This document shows positions 24,501-36,789 of a DNA stretch of 64,000 nt, piece after piece. The position numbers were made by a program, and so were the translations under genes. The number at the start of each line of letters is the position of its first letter. The first letter of the stretch is position 1. Origin of the DNA: Vermamoeba vermiformis (lineage: Eukaryota); NCBI GenBank assembly GCA_045837725.1, contig JBEWZL010000244.1, positions 248,001 through 312,000 of the forward strand, given 5' to 3'. Under the pieces are notes generated by a model, which worked only from the letters and a program-made list of their open reading frames with translations, was not told where the DNA came from and made no database searches.

Positions 24501-27500
24501 GCTCTGGTCGATGGCCAGGGTCTGAATGCGCTTCAGACGTACAGTGGCGTGTTGCACGGTGATCTGCGTCTTGTTGGCAGTGTTGTTGCCGATCTGCACT
24601 GCGCGCAATGTGACCTCGAGCACGGAGGTGATGGACTCGGTCAACTTCTCGGGCAACAGCACCACTGGCTGAGTGATGTTGATCTTCAGACGCAGCTGTT
24701 GTGCTTCACTCTTCGGCACATCCACGGCATTGAGTTGAGCAGGGCCAGACATATCCACGCGTTGTGAGGCCCGTTTGATCATCTCTTGCTGCGTCTCTTT
24801 GAACACATTGCTGTAGTCGTCTTTTTGATAGAGCGACAAGATCTCAGCTTGTATTTTCTGATATTGACGGCGCAGATTCTTGTGCTCGCCGACCAATGAG
24901 AAGAATTCTTTCAGCTGGCCAAATGTCTCAGGCACGTAGACCACTTCCAGCTGTGCAATGTCAATCATCCAGCTCGTGCTCCATGCGCCGTCATCTTCAT
25001 CCTCGCTATCAGACTGGGGCTCCTCGTCGTGCAAGTGATCGATGGACAGCCCTTCGCTGATGCGTGCAGCAATGAACTCTTTGTTTTTGCTCTCAAAGCA
25101 CAGTCGGAAGAGTGCTGCAGATCAGTCAGCATACACGTGCAGTCAATGCCACGCTACTTACGGTCCTTGTCGTTGAGGTCATCTCGTGCAGCCTTGTCAG
25201 CAATGCGCTTGATTTGCTCCAAGCTCGAAGTCGTGAGGCCTTGTCGCACAGGCCCAGGACTCTCCGTCAGTTCGACACCGCTGTGCTCCTCTTCGTCCAC
25301 ACGATTGGGATCGATGATCATGCGCAGCTGTTTGGGCAGTCGTCTCTTCTTGCGCTTCTTCTTCTGGACCTGTGCCTGATTGTTGTTGTTGTTGTTGGGC
25401 TCGTTGATCAGCACGCCTGCACCATCGTCCTCGTCCTCTGTGTCTGGCTCGTTGTCGTGCACTTCTTCGCTGCTAACACGACTTGCATTGTGACGGGGCT
25501 GCACGAGTGTTTTGAACTGAGTTCGTTCAGCGCTCAAGTCCTCAATCACCAGAGCATCACCCTCAATTAGCGTGCGGAACTTGTGCGTCCAGTTCTCGTA
25601 CGTGTAGCTGAAGCGATCGATGTGCACTAACGCGAGATTTTTCTTGCCTTGCCGCAGCGTGAGGTGAGAGGCGCGAATGTTGATTTGATAGCGTGCTCGC
25701 AGTCGTTTGCGCGTGTCTACTTTGACAATCTTGCCCTCATCTCGCTTCGTAGACACATCGCGAATGTCCGCGAAGAGATTGTCGACAATTGTTTGCATGA
25801 AGATGAACTGCGTGCGACTGAGCGAGGCAGTCAAATCATCGATGGTCATGGTCACGTGATTGGTGCCGTCTTCTTGCAGGTTCTCGCGCGTACTCAAGTA
25901 CTCGAGGGCTACATTGCAGGGCTGACTGATGTCTTCGCGGTGGAAGTGCGTCTGTTCCCACATAATGGACGCGAAGGCGAGACTGCCACCGAAGTTGTAT
26001 TTGACATTCAAGTCATCAATGCCGCTGTGCGCTCAATTAGCAAGGTACTATAAATAGCTCTAGCATGGAGTACTCACACTTTGCTGATTGACACGTGATG
26101 CAGAATGGCAGGAGCACATTCAGGGGTGTCAGGACTCTCCACGACCAGTGCCTCGCTCGCGGTGAAATCAACGGACCAGTTCATGCCGACATTCTCGACA
26201 TTGCTATATTTGGACAAGAACTGCTTGAACTTCTCAGTGTCCACTGTGATCTTCAAGTCATCAGAGGTCAAGAAGGATTGTAGCTTGGACAGCGTGCTGT
26301 AAATCAAACAGATCTGCACGTGATTGATCTTGGCCTTGACGTCTGCGGGCAGTGGTTTGTCGCCAGGCTGCAGTTTGATGGACTCGTAGCGCACTACTAG
26401 CATTGGCGTGCGTGAATTCTGCGCGGAATTGAGGGGCGATAAGAGCATCGGGAATGGGGACTTGATGTGCTGCGGACATTGGATCTGCAGGTATATAATG
26501 TGTTAATGTGGCAATGGAAAAGGTCCGTATGTTAAGTCATACATTGAAGGTGTCAAGCTGCACTTTGATGGCGTTCTTGGTTGCTTGACTCTCCAAGATG
26601 ACAGCAATGTTTTGAAATTCAATTTCCGCGAGTGTTGAATAGTGCAAGTCATGTGACTTGGGGTCAGGATTGGGCAGCACTTCATTCAGCTGAATCAGAC
26701 CGCGATCGACTTTCACTTTGAAACAGGACCTGGTCATGTTGAGTTAGAACTCGTATCATTAGTTGTTGAGAGTAACTCACAAGAACGGTGCGTCTTGCAC
26801 GGGACTGGCAGGTAGTGGTGCAATCTCATTGGTGTTGTTGGTATTGAGCTCTTGATGCTGTTCGAGTGCTTTGTTTTCATTCAACAACGCACCAGGACTC
26901 CAGCTCAATCGTTCAGAGAACACTGAAGTGAAGTACTTGTACTGCGCAGGGTTGATGGCAAAGTTGACACGTGACACTTGCACGAACAGCTCGAAGTTCG
27001 GTGTGAATTTTGGTGCGTGCAAATAATCGTTCAGTGAAATATTCACGACGAGATTGAACGGCTGCAGAACACGCTCAATGCGACTTTCAGGTGTGGCTTG
27101 CAGATCCACGGAGAGATTGGTAGTCTCCACCTGTAGTGCTTTGTTAGTTCGATATTCAGCATACTGATATCTCACGTACTTGAAATTTCTGCGCTGATAT
27201 TAGCTTCTCTTCGCCAATATGCGATGAAAAGTCGTAAGGTGCAGCAGGAAAGTGCGGGGCAGGCAGCGTGAATAGCCCAGCAGTGAATGCCTCGGGTGTG
27301 GGATAGGTCGGATCGTTGTTGCTCATGGACACATAGCCGACATTGAGTCGCATCACTTGTGAAGCAATGTGTGGCGGACCTTTGTGACCAGCATAGGGTG
27401 GCAGGATAATTGTCGGGTTCTTGGACTACAATATGATGTTAATATATTAATGCCCACAACAACACTATCAATGACCACACACCTCAATTTTGAACTTGAC

Positions 27501-29766
27501 GTAATCGCGCAGCGCTACTTGCAACATGTTCTCCATGCCCTGTTCGAGTGTGCGCTGCAGTTGTTTGCCCTTGCGACCGCTCAAAAAGAAGTTGTAAGTG
27601 CGCTCCCAGATCTCTTTGTCGAAGATGATGGCGCAGTTGTTGAAGGACAGTTCGAGTTCGCGTGAAAATATCGTGACATCTTGTCGTCGAATAGTGGTGG
27701 GAATGTGGCGCTTGATGAAATTCAAATTCAACATGGGTGCTTTGACTTTAACTTCAGTGTGCAAGCCACTCATGTTGTCGTGCGAGTTGTTGTTGCTGCC
27801 AGTGTCAAATTTAATCAGCTGCAAATAGTCGGGGTGACGCGAGGGACCAGGATCGAGTACTGTGAGTGAATACGAGTTGATTTTTATATGCGCCTCGCTC
27901 TGTGTAATCCACTGGCCTTGTTCTATATGGGTCCATTAGTGGCGTGACATGTTAAATTCTGCAATGTACCTTGATAATCACCGCGCATCTTGGGGAAGAA
28001 CGAGCACTTGAGCCCGTCAAATCTGAGCGAGCACAGACCCTTATTTGGCGTGTCCTTATTCTCCGCACTAGTGTCGCGATTGAGTCGTTCGTACAGCTCT
28101 AACGTGCCCTTGTGAATGTGAATGTTGTACGAGGTGTATCGAATGTCTTCGTCATCTGCCACCGTTGCCTCTTCATCAGGCAAGTCCTCTTCGCTGCCAC
28201 TCTCGGCGTCTTGATACTCCGCGTCGCTGTCTGAATTGTCGGGCTCTGCGACACTTTCAACGACCGGCTGTGGTTGTGGTGTTGGCTCTGGTTGATTTTT
28301 CGTTGAATAATAGGACCACAGTCGCTGATAAAGATATTAATATCGGGCTATATTAAATATATACTAGTATTTACATTAGTCAATCGGCCCCAAACACCCG
28401 CTTGTTGTTGCGGATGTGGCTGTGTCTCGTGTTCACTGACATCTGCTTCAGACCTGTTCGTTGTTAGCGCATGACCACAGCATTATATTGAATAAATCTT
28501 GTATGGAATATTAATGCATCTTACGTCTCAGAGATGTCGTCGCGAATGTTGTTCGTGTTCACGTTGTTGGCGTGACCATTCTCTTCTGCTTTCGGAGCAG
28601 GGTCCGCAGTAGCTTGTTTCGGTTGTCGCGAGAGACAGTTCAAAGTGCCATAAATAGCTTTTTGAAAGTCGTTGTATTGCGTAGGGTCTAATTTGAGTGC
28701 AATGTCACTCAGCAGATCCACATCAATCTGAAAATCGACCAAAGGACCACCAAAATATTCTTTTTTCGTTTTGATCTGCATTCAAAATTAATTCCATATT
28801 ATTATAGTGCCGTATAATTGACGTACTCTGACGCGAATGGGAATTTTGTCGAGTACCGCCATCGGAATGCGATTGTCATCGTTGTGCAGCGAGAGTGAGA
28901 CCTGTCCGAGATGTATCTCTTTGAATATGAGCACTTGATTGTTGTGATTCACTTTGTGCACTTCTTTCAAGTCCACTGCCTCCCACTTGGCATTCGTGGA
29001 TTGAATTAAAATATCTTTCACGTGCAAGAACAGCGCTGGTGGCTTGCTGCGCTCTTTGTCCTTGCGATGCTTGCCTAGTGTAATCACTTTGAAGGTCAGT
29101 TCGTGCACTTCGAATTTAATGTTGTCCAAGATCCGATCTGTAAAGCCCGGTGCTTTCTTTTTGGGCTGCAAGCTAGAGCAAAGTTCAATTAACGACTGCA
29201 ATCAAATTCAAGCAATAATTATTTCGCACCTCTTGGGAACTTTCTTGGGCGCAGGTTTAATTTCCTCGGGCTCTTCGAGTTCAATGTAGATCTTGTCCGC
29301 AACGAACACGATCGGATCGTGACCCAATTTCTTCCAAGGAATCTGACGAAGAAATAATGATTAAAATTATGAATTTTTGTTATATAAAAACAATTGGCGC
29401 TAAGCAAGTTCCATAAGGATCCAGCAAAAGAAATTTGAAATAACGAAAAAAATCAAGAGAATTTTCTACAGCTTTAATTAAGAAAACCATCAATCAAATA
29501 ATTTAAAATACATACCTTTGTGTATATTTGATTGCATGTAACCTTTTTTACACGTAGTTGTGGCGGGATGCCAACCAAATTTTGAATAACTTCTTCGTTA
29601 AACTCTGTATTTAATTGATAGTTGCATAAGAATATCACCCTTTGATAATAATATCACAAGCCATACCTAAATCATTTAAAGCCCAATTTTGAAATTTTTG
29701 TGATGAAAAATCTTTGATATAAGTCGCTAAATAGCGTGTCAAGGCGATGCCGACAATGCGCTCCAT
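18597..29766 (-). CDS. Large VPS13/BLTP-superfamily bridge-like lipid transfer protein (many exons)
   Basis: Chorein-N start (MERIVGIALTRYLATYIKDF..IPWKKL), long beta-groove repeats, VAB-like repeats (APFIIQNLS, KYLLINETD, PPYLIYNNTPF), ATG2_C-like helices (GFFQGLGAGALGVVLKPIGGVLDF) and a PH-like tail. Confidence 0.9.
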
Positions 29767-29951
29767 CGATAGACCTGATACTAATTAAATGGGTAGAGTG
29801 GCTATAATTGCATTGCGGCCTTGTGCTTCGTTTAATGTTTCTTGTTAACGCCGAAAATTTCACTCCGGCCTTTTTGGGCGATCGTGTCCGGTTTTTGTCA
29901 TTTGAAATCTGAAACAAACTGAAGTACCAACACTTCGAGTCATATATATTA

Positions 29952-31097
29952 ATGGCTGAACAATCCTCAGTATTCAAAGCTAATATTCTCAAAGGCAAAG
30001 TGGCACTGATAACAGGTAGGTAACTTTTCTTTTCCTGCAAGCAAAACTTTCAATCAATAGTCAATGCTGCCTATTTATATGGAAGTGAAAATTATATGGA
30101 GATTAATGGCGAAATAAAGGTGGTGCAACCGGGATCAACTTCGGTATTACCAAGCTTCTTGGCACGCACGGCGCGAAGATCGGTAATTAATTTACAACTA
30201 GACACGCTTATGCATACATCAATACAGTATCGCCAATTGTTACTTAATTTGAATTTTAAATTTTGCCTGGATCGGCGATTTACGTCTCGTTTAGCAATCA
30301 TGGGTCGCCGCGAACAAGTCCTCAAATCTAGCTGCGAACAGTTGACACAACTTGGCGTCGAATGCACATGGGTCCAGGGGCAAGTACAGCGCCGACAACG
30401 TTTTTAGCAATGTCTAATGTCTTTGTTCGCCAGTGACGTGCGCGAGTACAAAGACTGTGAAAAAGCAGTGCAACAAGTGGTGGACAAGTGGGGCAAGTAA
30501 GTATTATACGCGCTCTAGTATTAGTCGCACTCGACTGACAGGTGTCACACCGCCAGACTCGACATTCTCGTCAATGGTGCTGCGGGCAATTTCCTCTCCC
30601 CAGCCGCCAAGCTGAGCTCGAATGGCTTCAAAACAGTGCTCATGATCGACACTGTCGGCACATTCAACATGTCACGTGCGGCCTATTCAGCCTTGGCGCG
30701 TCCACAACTCGCGAGTACTGCGCCAGCTGTGATCTTGAATGTCACTGCGTCGCTCCATCGTCCCGCCACCCCGATGCAAGTCCACGCCTCCGCGGCCAAG
30801 GCAGGTGTAGACTCGATCACACGCACCTTAGCCATGGAATGGGGTCCAGCAGGCATTCGTGTGGTGGGTGTGTCCCCCGGGCCTATTGCTGCCACTGAAG
30901 GCATGTCCAAGCTCGGCGGTCCTGATCCCACCGCTGTGTTGCAACAAGTGCCTCTCGGTCGTGCTGGTTCTGTCGAGGATGTGGCCCGTGCTGCACTGTT
31001 CTTGGTCTCCGATGCCGCGAACTGGGTCACAGGCACTACCATTGACGTCGATGGTGGCTGGGTCGTCAATCGCGCTGGATTCACCGCCAAGCTCTAA
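29952..31097 (+). CDS. DECR2: Peroxisomal 2,4-dienoyl-CoA reductase (SDR family)
   Basis: GKVALITGGATGI, LDILVNGAAGNF, IDTVGTFN, HASAAKAGVD and a C-terminal PTS1 (AKL). Confidence 0.93.
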
Positions 31098-31331
31098 TTC
31101 GCCGCAAACGTGGTCCGGTAGATCCGTTTTTCCGTGAGATCCACCGCTTGTCTCTCGCTGTAAACCTTGTAACATATGCTCGATTACAAATAACAATCAT
31201 ATAGCCTTATAAGTACTAGTTGCAGTGATGTTATTACGAAAGATCCCGGTGATTTCACACGGGCAAACTAAGTTCCGTGCAAGTTTTTTTCGCTGTTCAT
31301 CCTAATTTTATTTTCGATACAACACAACAAC

Positions 31332-32172
31332 ATGTGGAAACAAGTTAGCCACGGAGTCGTCCGCTCTAGGCGGATATTCAGCCTCGCCCCTCGCGTAACA
31401 GAGGTCCGATCTGCTAATTTTTCAACCCTATTTGCTGCCTCGCAATCCAAAACCCTCGAAAACAATAAGAAAAAATATATTATGTCACAAAATAGTGCTT
31501 TGAGCCTTGCAAACACGCATCATTCAATACCAGGTAATTGTTCTTTGGATCTGATCTACCAAAAATTATGCAAAATTTTCTGTTGCAAAAATCTAACGTA
31601 GTTATAACAGCGTTTACATCACCATTCCACGTTAGCGCGAAAAAATTTTACAGCACCGATCTGAACAAACACAAACAGTCAAAGGACTTGGACGATGACG
31701 ACGATGAATGGAAAGACAAAGTATGATCATTATACAATCAAAATGAATAGGACCGACGTGTCTAATAATGCTTTATTGTTATTAGGCCAAGTCAACATAT
31801 GCAAAATTCAAAATCTTCGTGCGCAAATACGGACGAATTGCCTTATTTGTACATTTCACCGTGTACGGCATCACACTGGCCACTATATACAGTCTGATTA
31901 AGAGTGGCGTCGATGTCTCCGCGTGGGTCAAACACTTGGACTTCATCGGCTTGAGTCACGAGTCCACAGCGGTGCAGAAAGGCTCGACATTTGTGCTGGC
32001 CATTGCAGCCACCAAAGTGACGTCCCCGCTCAGACTGGGCATCACATTCCTCGTCACTCCTGCCCTCGCGCGACAGCTGCGGAAGATGGGTCTGTACTCG
32101 CCCCCCACTGCTGACAAGAGCACTAGCACCACGGCCACTGATGCACACAACTCCACTAAAAAAGACGACTAA
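31332..32172 (+). CDS. FAM210/DUF1279-family protein, probably mitochondrial
   Basis: Presequence-like N-terminus, RKYGRIALFVH..IKSGVDV and FVLAIAATKVTSPLRLGITFLVTP. Confidence 0.85.
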
Positions 32173-32233
32173 ACAACGAGTTGCTTCACTTGTAATTATT
32201 TTGCCGCACTTGTGATATATACACCTTAATATA

Positions 32234-33926
32234 TTACAACACTATCGTCTCCATGTGTTCGCCCTCGCTGTGCAGTGCCGTTGTGTTCTCTTCTTCGTGC
32301 TCAGCGTGCCACGCAATCACATCTTCAATGCGCATGTTCTCAGCACTCGCGCCAGGGACTTGAAAGTATTCGTTGTCACCCAGCAAATACAAATCTCCCG
32401 CACCTGACGAGAAGATTGTTAAAGCTGGCCACTGCATCTGATGATAGACCTACCGCTCACGAATGCAGAGTGTTTGAAGCCAGCAGCCACGGCGTGAATG
32501 TCGCGCAGTCGTGTAACTTTGCGCGGTACCAGTTCGGAGACACGACCTCCGTGCCCCAACTGACCATTCGCGCCCCAGCCAAACGAGTATACTTCGTGTG
32601 ATTTGGTTAGCGCGAGATTATGTGCGTAGGGTGAAGCTGCTGCCTAGATAAGCATGTTAGTGACCATCAGTGCCATTATCATTCAACTTACGCTGATAAA
32701 CAACTCCGTGCCACTGACTCGGCGCGGTGCATGGCTGTTGTCCATGTTGCCTTGACCTAACTGACCGTTCTCACCCCAGCCCCACGCATAAATGCTGCCC
32801 GTCTCTGCGATGTGTTAATCAACAACTTTAACGAGTGTTGTACGTACTTGTGAGTGCGAGCGAGTGATCTCCACCGCAAGATATCTTCGATACTTTTTCA
32901 GACAAGATCACGTGCTCGAAGACTTGAGTGTCGTGATCAGCGCCGATTCCCAGCTGACCGAACTGATTCCAACCAGTGGCGTAGATTTTACCGTCAGCTG
33001 TCACGCAATGTTATAGCTTGAAAACATCGCTGTCAACTACTTACATGTCAGTATCATCGAGTGATGTCCCCCACCACACGCGGATTTGACGTGAATGTCG
33101 TTGTCACGCAGACTGGTCACCACTACTGGCTGTGCTGTCTCGCGCAGTCCTTCAACACCTAATTGCCCGCTCTTGCCCTCACCCCACACAACCAACTGTT
33201 TCTCCGCTGCAAATGTGTTAAATATCGGTGTGGCACATGACACGTGTCAATGAGTGACTTACTCGTCACGAACAGCGCGTGTTCATAGCCCGCACTGATC
33301 TTCTTGATGCGATGCTCTTTGAGCAGGTCATTGAACGCACTCAACATCACTGGCTGCACGTAGCTCTCATTGCTCAGTGGCACTCGTCCCCAGCCGTAAA
33401 TGGACTGTTCGCGTGAAGCTGAATGTGACACGTCAGTATGGACGTCAAAGTCACACGTCACTCTTACCGTCTTGAATAAGAGCCAAACAGTAATATCCGC
33501 CACATGATATGTCCAATAAATCATGCTTCCTGTTTTCTGCTGTGAAGTCCATGGGCTCATTATTTGGATCCGTAAATATTAACTTGCGAGGCTCGTTGGC
33601 GTTCGTTAAAATACCCCATTCGAAAACACCGTTTGTTTCTGAGGATATTAGCTATAAATTCGCTTTGAATTTGGCTTACCATTAAGAATAGTAGTACTGT
33701 AACCTCCCAAGGCTATTTTGTAGTCAAAAACTTTGTAACCACGGATCGGCACTAATAACTCCTCTGTCAAATTGGTTAATTTATACAATTAATATTAAAT
33801 TATTTTCTTACCCTCTTCTTCGTCTAAAAGTTGCTCTGCCTCTTCACTTGCTTGGATCCGTACCGCGAATCCGCACAAAAAGCAAACTACAGCTAATAAC
33901 ACCAACCAATTTATCCTTGTAGACAT
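32234..33926 (-). CDS. RCC1/BLIP-II-repeat beta-propeller protein with an N-terminal signal peptide
   Basis: Starts MSTRINWLVLLAVVCFLCGFAVRIQA. Repeats include ISAGYEHALF, WGEGKSGQLG, ACGGGHHSM, GWNQFGQLG, ISCGGDHSL and WGWGENGQLG. Confidence 0.85.
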
Positions 33927-34237
33927 TACTTAATCGTTTTACGTACAGGGTGTTGTTGTGGCTAGTGCAGAAATAAAATGAAGTGGCGTTTGTGACGTCA
34001 CTACTTTTTTGTAAACCGGTGGCCACGTCCCTCGACAAGTACCGGCTACGAATTGATTCCTTGCAAACTTCTAAATCATAGCTGCAGCATTGTAGGTGAA
34101 CTATTCTCAATTTCGTGAGTGATCATTTTCTCCTAGATTTTTGGGGGATCTCAGATTATTGCGAAACAAAAAAAGACAAACGCGAAAAGTTTTGCTTTGG
34201 CATTTTATCTAACACGCAACACTTTACAACCACAACT

Positions 34238-34553
34238 ATGAACTGCGGTGATATTCTCTTGCTTTTGCTTGCTCTCATCCTTCCTCCTATTCCCGTTCTG
34301 ATCAAGGTCGGCTGCGCTGGCCACTTTTGGCTGAACGTTCTGCTCACCATTTTGGGTTACCTCCCTGGTATGTATTTTTTGATATGATCGCGCCGTTGCA
34401 GCGTATTCTTTTTTTGATCAATTATTTTTTATTTGTGCAACTTTATTCCGCGTCCTCATACTAACGCTGTATTATTCAGGTGTTATTCACGCTTGGTGGT
34501 TGATTATTACCCGCTCTGAACCTGCTGAAGTTCACTATCACGTCTACACCTAA
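34238..34553 (+). CDS. PMP3/UPF0057 (YqaE) small membrane proteolipid, 2 exons
   Basis: LLALILPPIPV..FWLNVLLTILGYLPGVIHAWWLI. Confidence 0.93.
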
Positions 34554-34761
34554 ATTGGATCTTGTACATATTCCCAATAAAACAATTAAACAGCTACACT
34601 CGGAGCGTGATATTCTAGTCTTATTTCAAGCATCAAATATGTAAACAATTTTTATGTGATTGTTTTTGGCACTCGCGTCCCCTTGCTATTTCGCGCCCAT
34701 TTTTAATGTTGTTTTGATTTTACGCGAACTGACACAAGTCTCCCACTCGTCTTAATAAATC

Positions 34762-36714
34762 ATGAGCAAAGCAAAGAAAGTTAAGGATATTAAGGACTTA
34801 ACAGCCGTGCAATGGTGGTGGAAAGCAGATGACAAGTGGATCAAATACAGTGAAGAGACGAATTTAGAATTAGAAAACGATTATCAAAATGGCCTCAAAA
34901 AAATTAAAGTCGATGACGAGCGCTTTGTCGATGTATCATTAACTGTAAGTGCCAAATTAATTATTAGGCGGATCGCGGCTTTATATTTTTACAGTCCTTT
35001 CTAATTAATTGTGGCTATTAACAGGTGAAAAAAATCAAAGATCAAATGGGCTCAGCTGAAGGTGCTAAAGACGACGAGTTGATTGGTCTTCAACGCCGTT
35101 ACGACGATGAAATGAAGCGTCGTCTCGTCAAGCGTGTGGCGCCCAAGTTCTTCAAGGGCTGCACGACTACCATACTTGTCAACGATGAAGATACGCGCAC
35201 TGTAAGTCATTAGTTAATTTTGGATCTTTTTCCGCGATATTTTGTTAGCAACTTCTTACGAATGTATGTTTGACTAGGCCATGGAGCGTGTTATCACGAC
35301 TTATGGTGGCACTGTGCGTCCTGCTGTGACTAAGCGCGTAAGTATCTTAAAGAGCTATCAACTTAACTAACTGCGGCTCTAAGACCAAACTTGTCGTGTG
35401 TGTTGAAGAGGATCTGAAAGATTTTGAAGACGATTACAAGGTCGCTGAAGGTAAGTAGAGAGTTAGCTGCCACTTCACATAAGATTAATAACGTGCTTCA
35501 ATTAGACAACGAGATCCCAGTGGTGAAAAAAGAGTACTTAGTGGCCTGCATGGAAGAAGAAGACAAGGTCGACGAGGCCAATTACATTGCCAAACTCGCG
35601 AGTGACTCGAGTACGTAGTGTTTGACGATACTAGGACTAGTATACGGAGGTTAATACTTTGCCGCAGAGAAGAGAAAGCGCGAGGAAGAGGAAGAAGAGA
35701 AAGAAGAAGAAAAAGAAGAAGACGAGCCACCCAAGAAGAAACAAAAGACAGACACGAGCAGTCAAAAGAGCAACACCAATACTACTACCAACAACAACAA
35801 CAATCAGAAGTCAACCGCTGCCACCAAAGCCAGTACGTGCCGGTGCAATCGATCACGTCACCGTTGCTAATTAACTCCTATTTACAGCGCCTAAAGTGTT
35901 CAAGGCGGGTTCAGAGGTAAGTACCGTGCTCTCAGCGATAATGACCCACAACTGACACGTGTGGCAGTGGATGGGTGTGTGCAGCTACGCCGAGGGTGAC
36001 ATGTTCCCGTTCATATTGAAGATTGCTTCAGTGAAAGCCAACAAAGTTGAGGGCACCATTGACTGGCCGACAATGAACGACGCCAAGACCAAGGTGAATG
36101 GCACACTTGACGGCTGCAAGTTTGAATTCACTGAATACGAAGTGATTCAAGGCGAGGATGAGGTTGAGATCCCTGTCACTTACTTGGGTGAAATCAGTGA
36201 CACATCGATCGAGGGTCAAGTGAAAGAGACTGTACGTGATTGGCCGGCTTGATTGTCATTTGCTAATCTTGTCAATCAATAGGAGTCAGGCATGCAAGCA
36301 ACTTTCAAGTTGGATCTGGTGCACAATGAAGATGAGAACGGCGAGGAAGAGGCAGCTAAAGAAGACGAGAAAATGGAAGAGGCCGATGTCGCCGATCAAC
36401 TGCAAGCCAACAAGACCTACAAGGGCAAGAGCATCACCGAGTTCCCCTTCGAGATGAAGATCTTGAAGCGCAAGGGTGTCGATGTGGAGGGCGAGATCAC
36501 ATGGACCACCATGAAGTGCGTGACAAAGTTCAAAGGCAAGATCAACGGCGACAAGATTGAGTTTGAAGAGACTGAAATCCTCAAGACCGAGAATGGTGGT
36601 CTCGAAGCTGTGGTGCCTACTAGCTACTCGGGTCAATTGTCGGCTGCTAATGGCTCAATCAGCGGTGATTTCAAGTCGGACGATCAGAACGGCACATTCA
36701 AAATTGAGCTCTAA
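34762..36714 (+). CDS. WWE + BRCT domain protein with NLS-like motifs and two C-terminal beta-rich repeats
   Basis: WWE (QWWWKADDKWIKYS..LQRRYDDEMKRRLVKR), BRCT-like (FKGCT..YGGTV..TKLVV..IPVVKKEYLVAC), KKRKR and PPKKKQK, then two repeats FPF.LKI..VEG.I.W.T..TK..G...G.K.EF.E.E. Confidence 0.75.
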
Positions 36715-36789
36715 ATAATAATTGTTGCACTAGATTATCGATTAAAATTCTATTTACATTAATTTGTATAATACAATAGCACTTATTAT

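Noticed and set aside
31225-31265. Small intergenic hairpin CCCGGTGATTTCACACGGG
   Set aside because: It is short and single-copy, with no features of a known RNA class.
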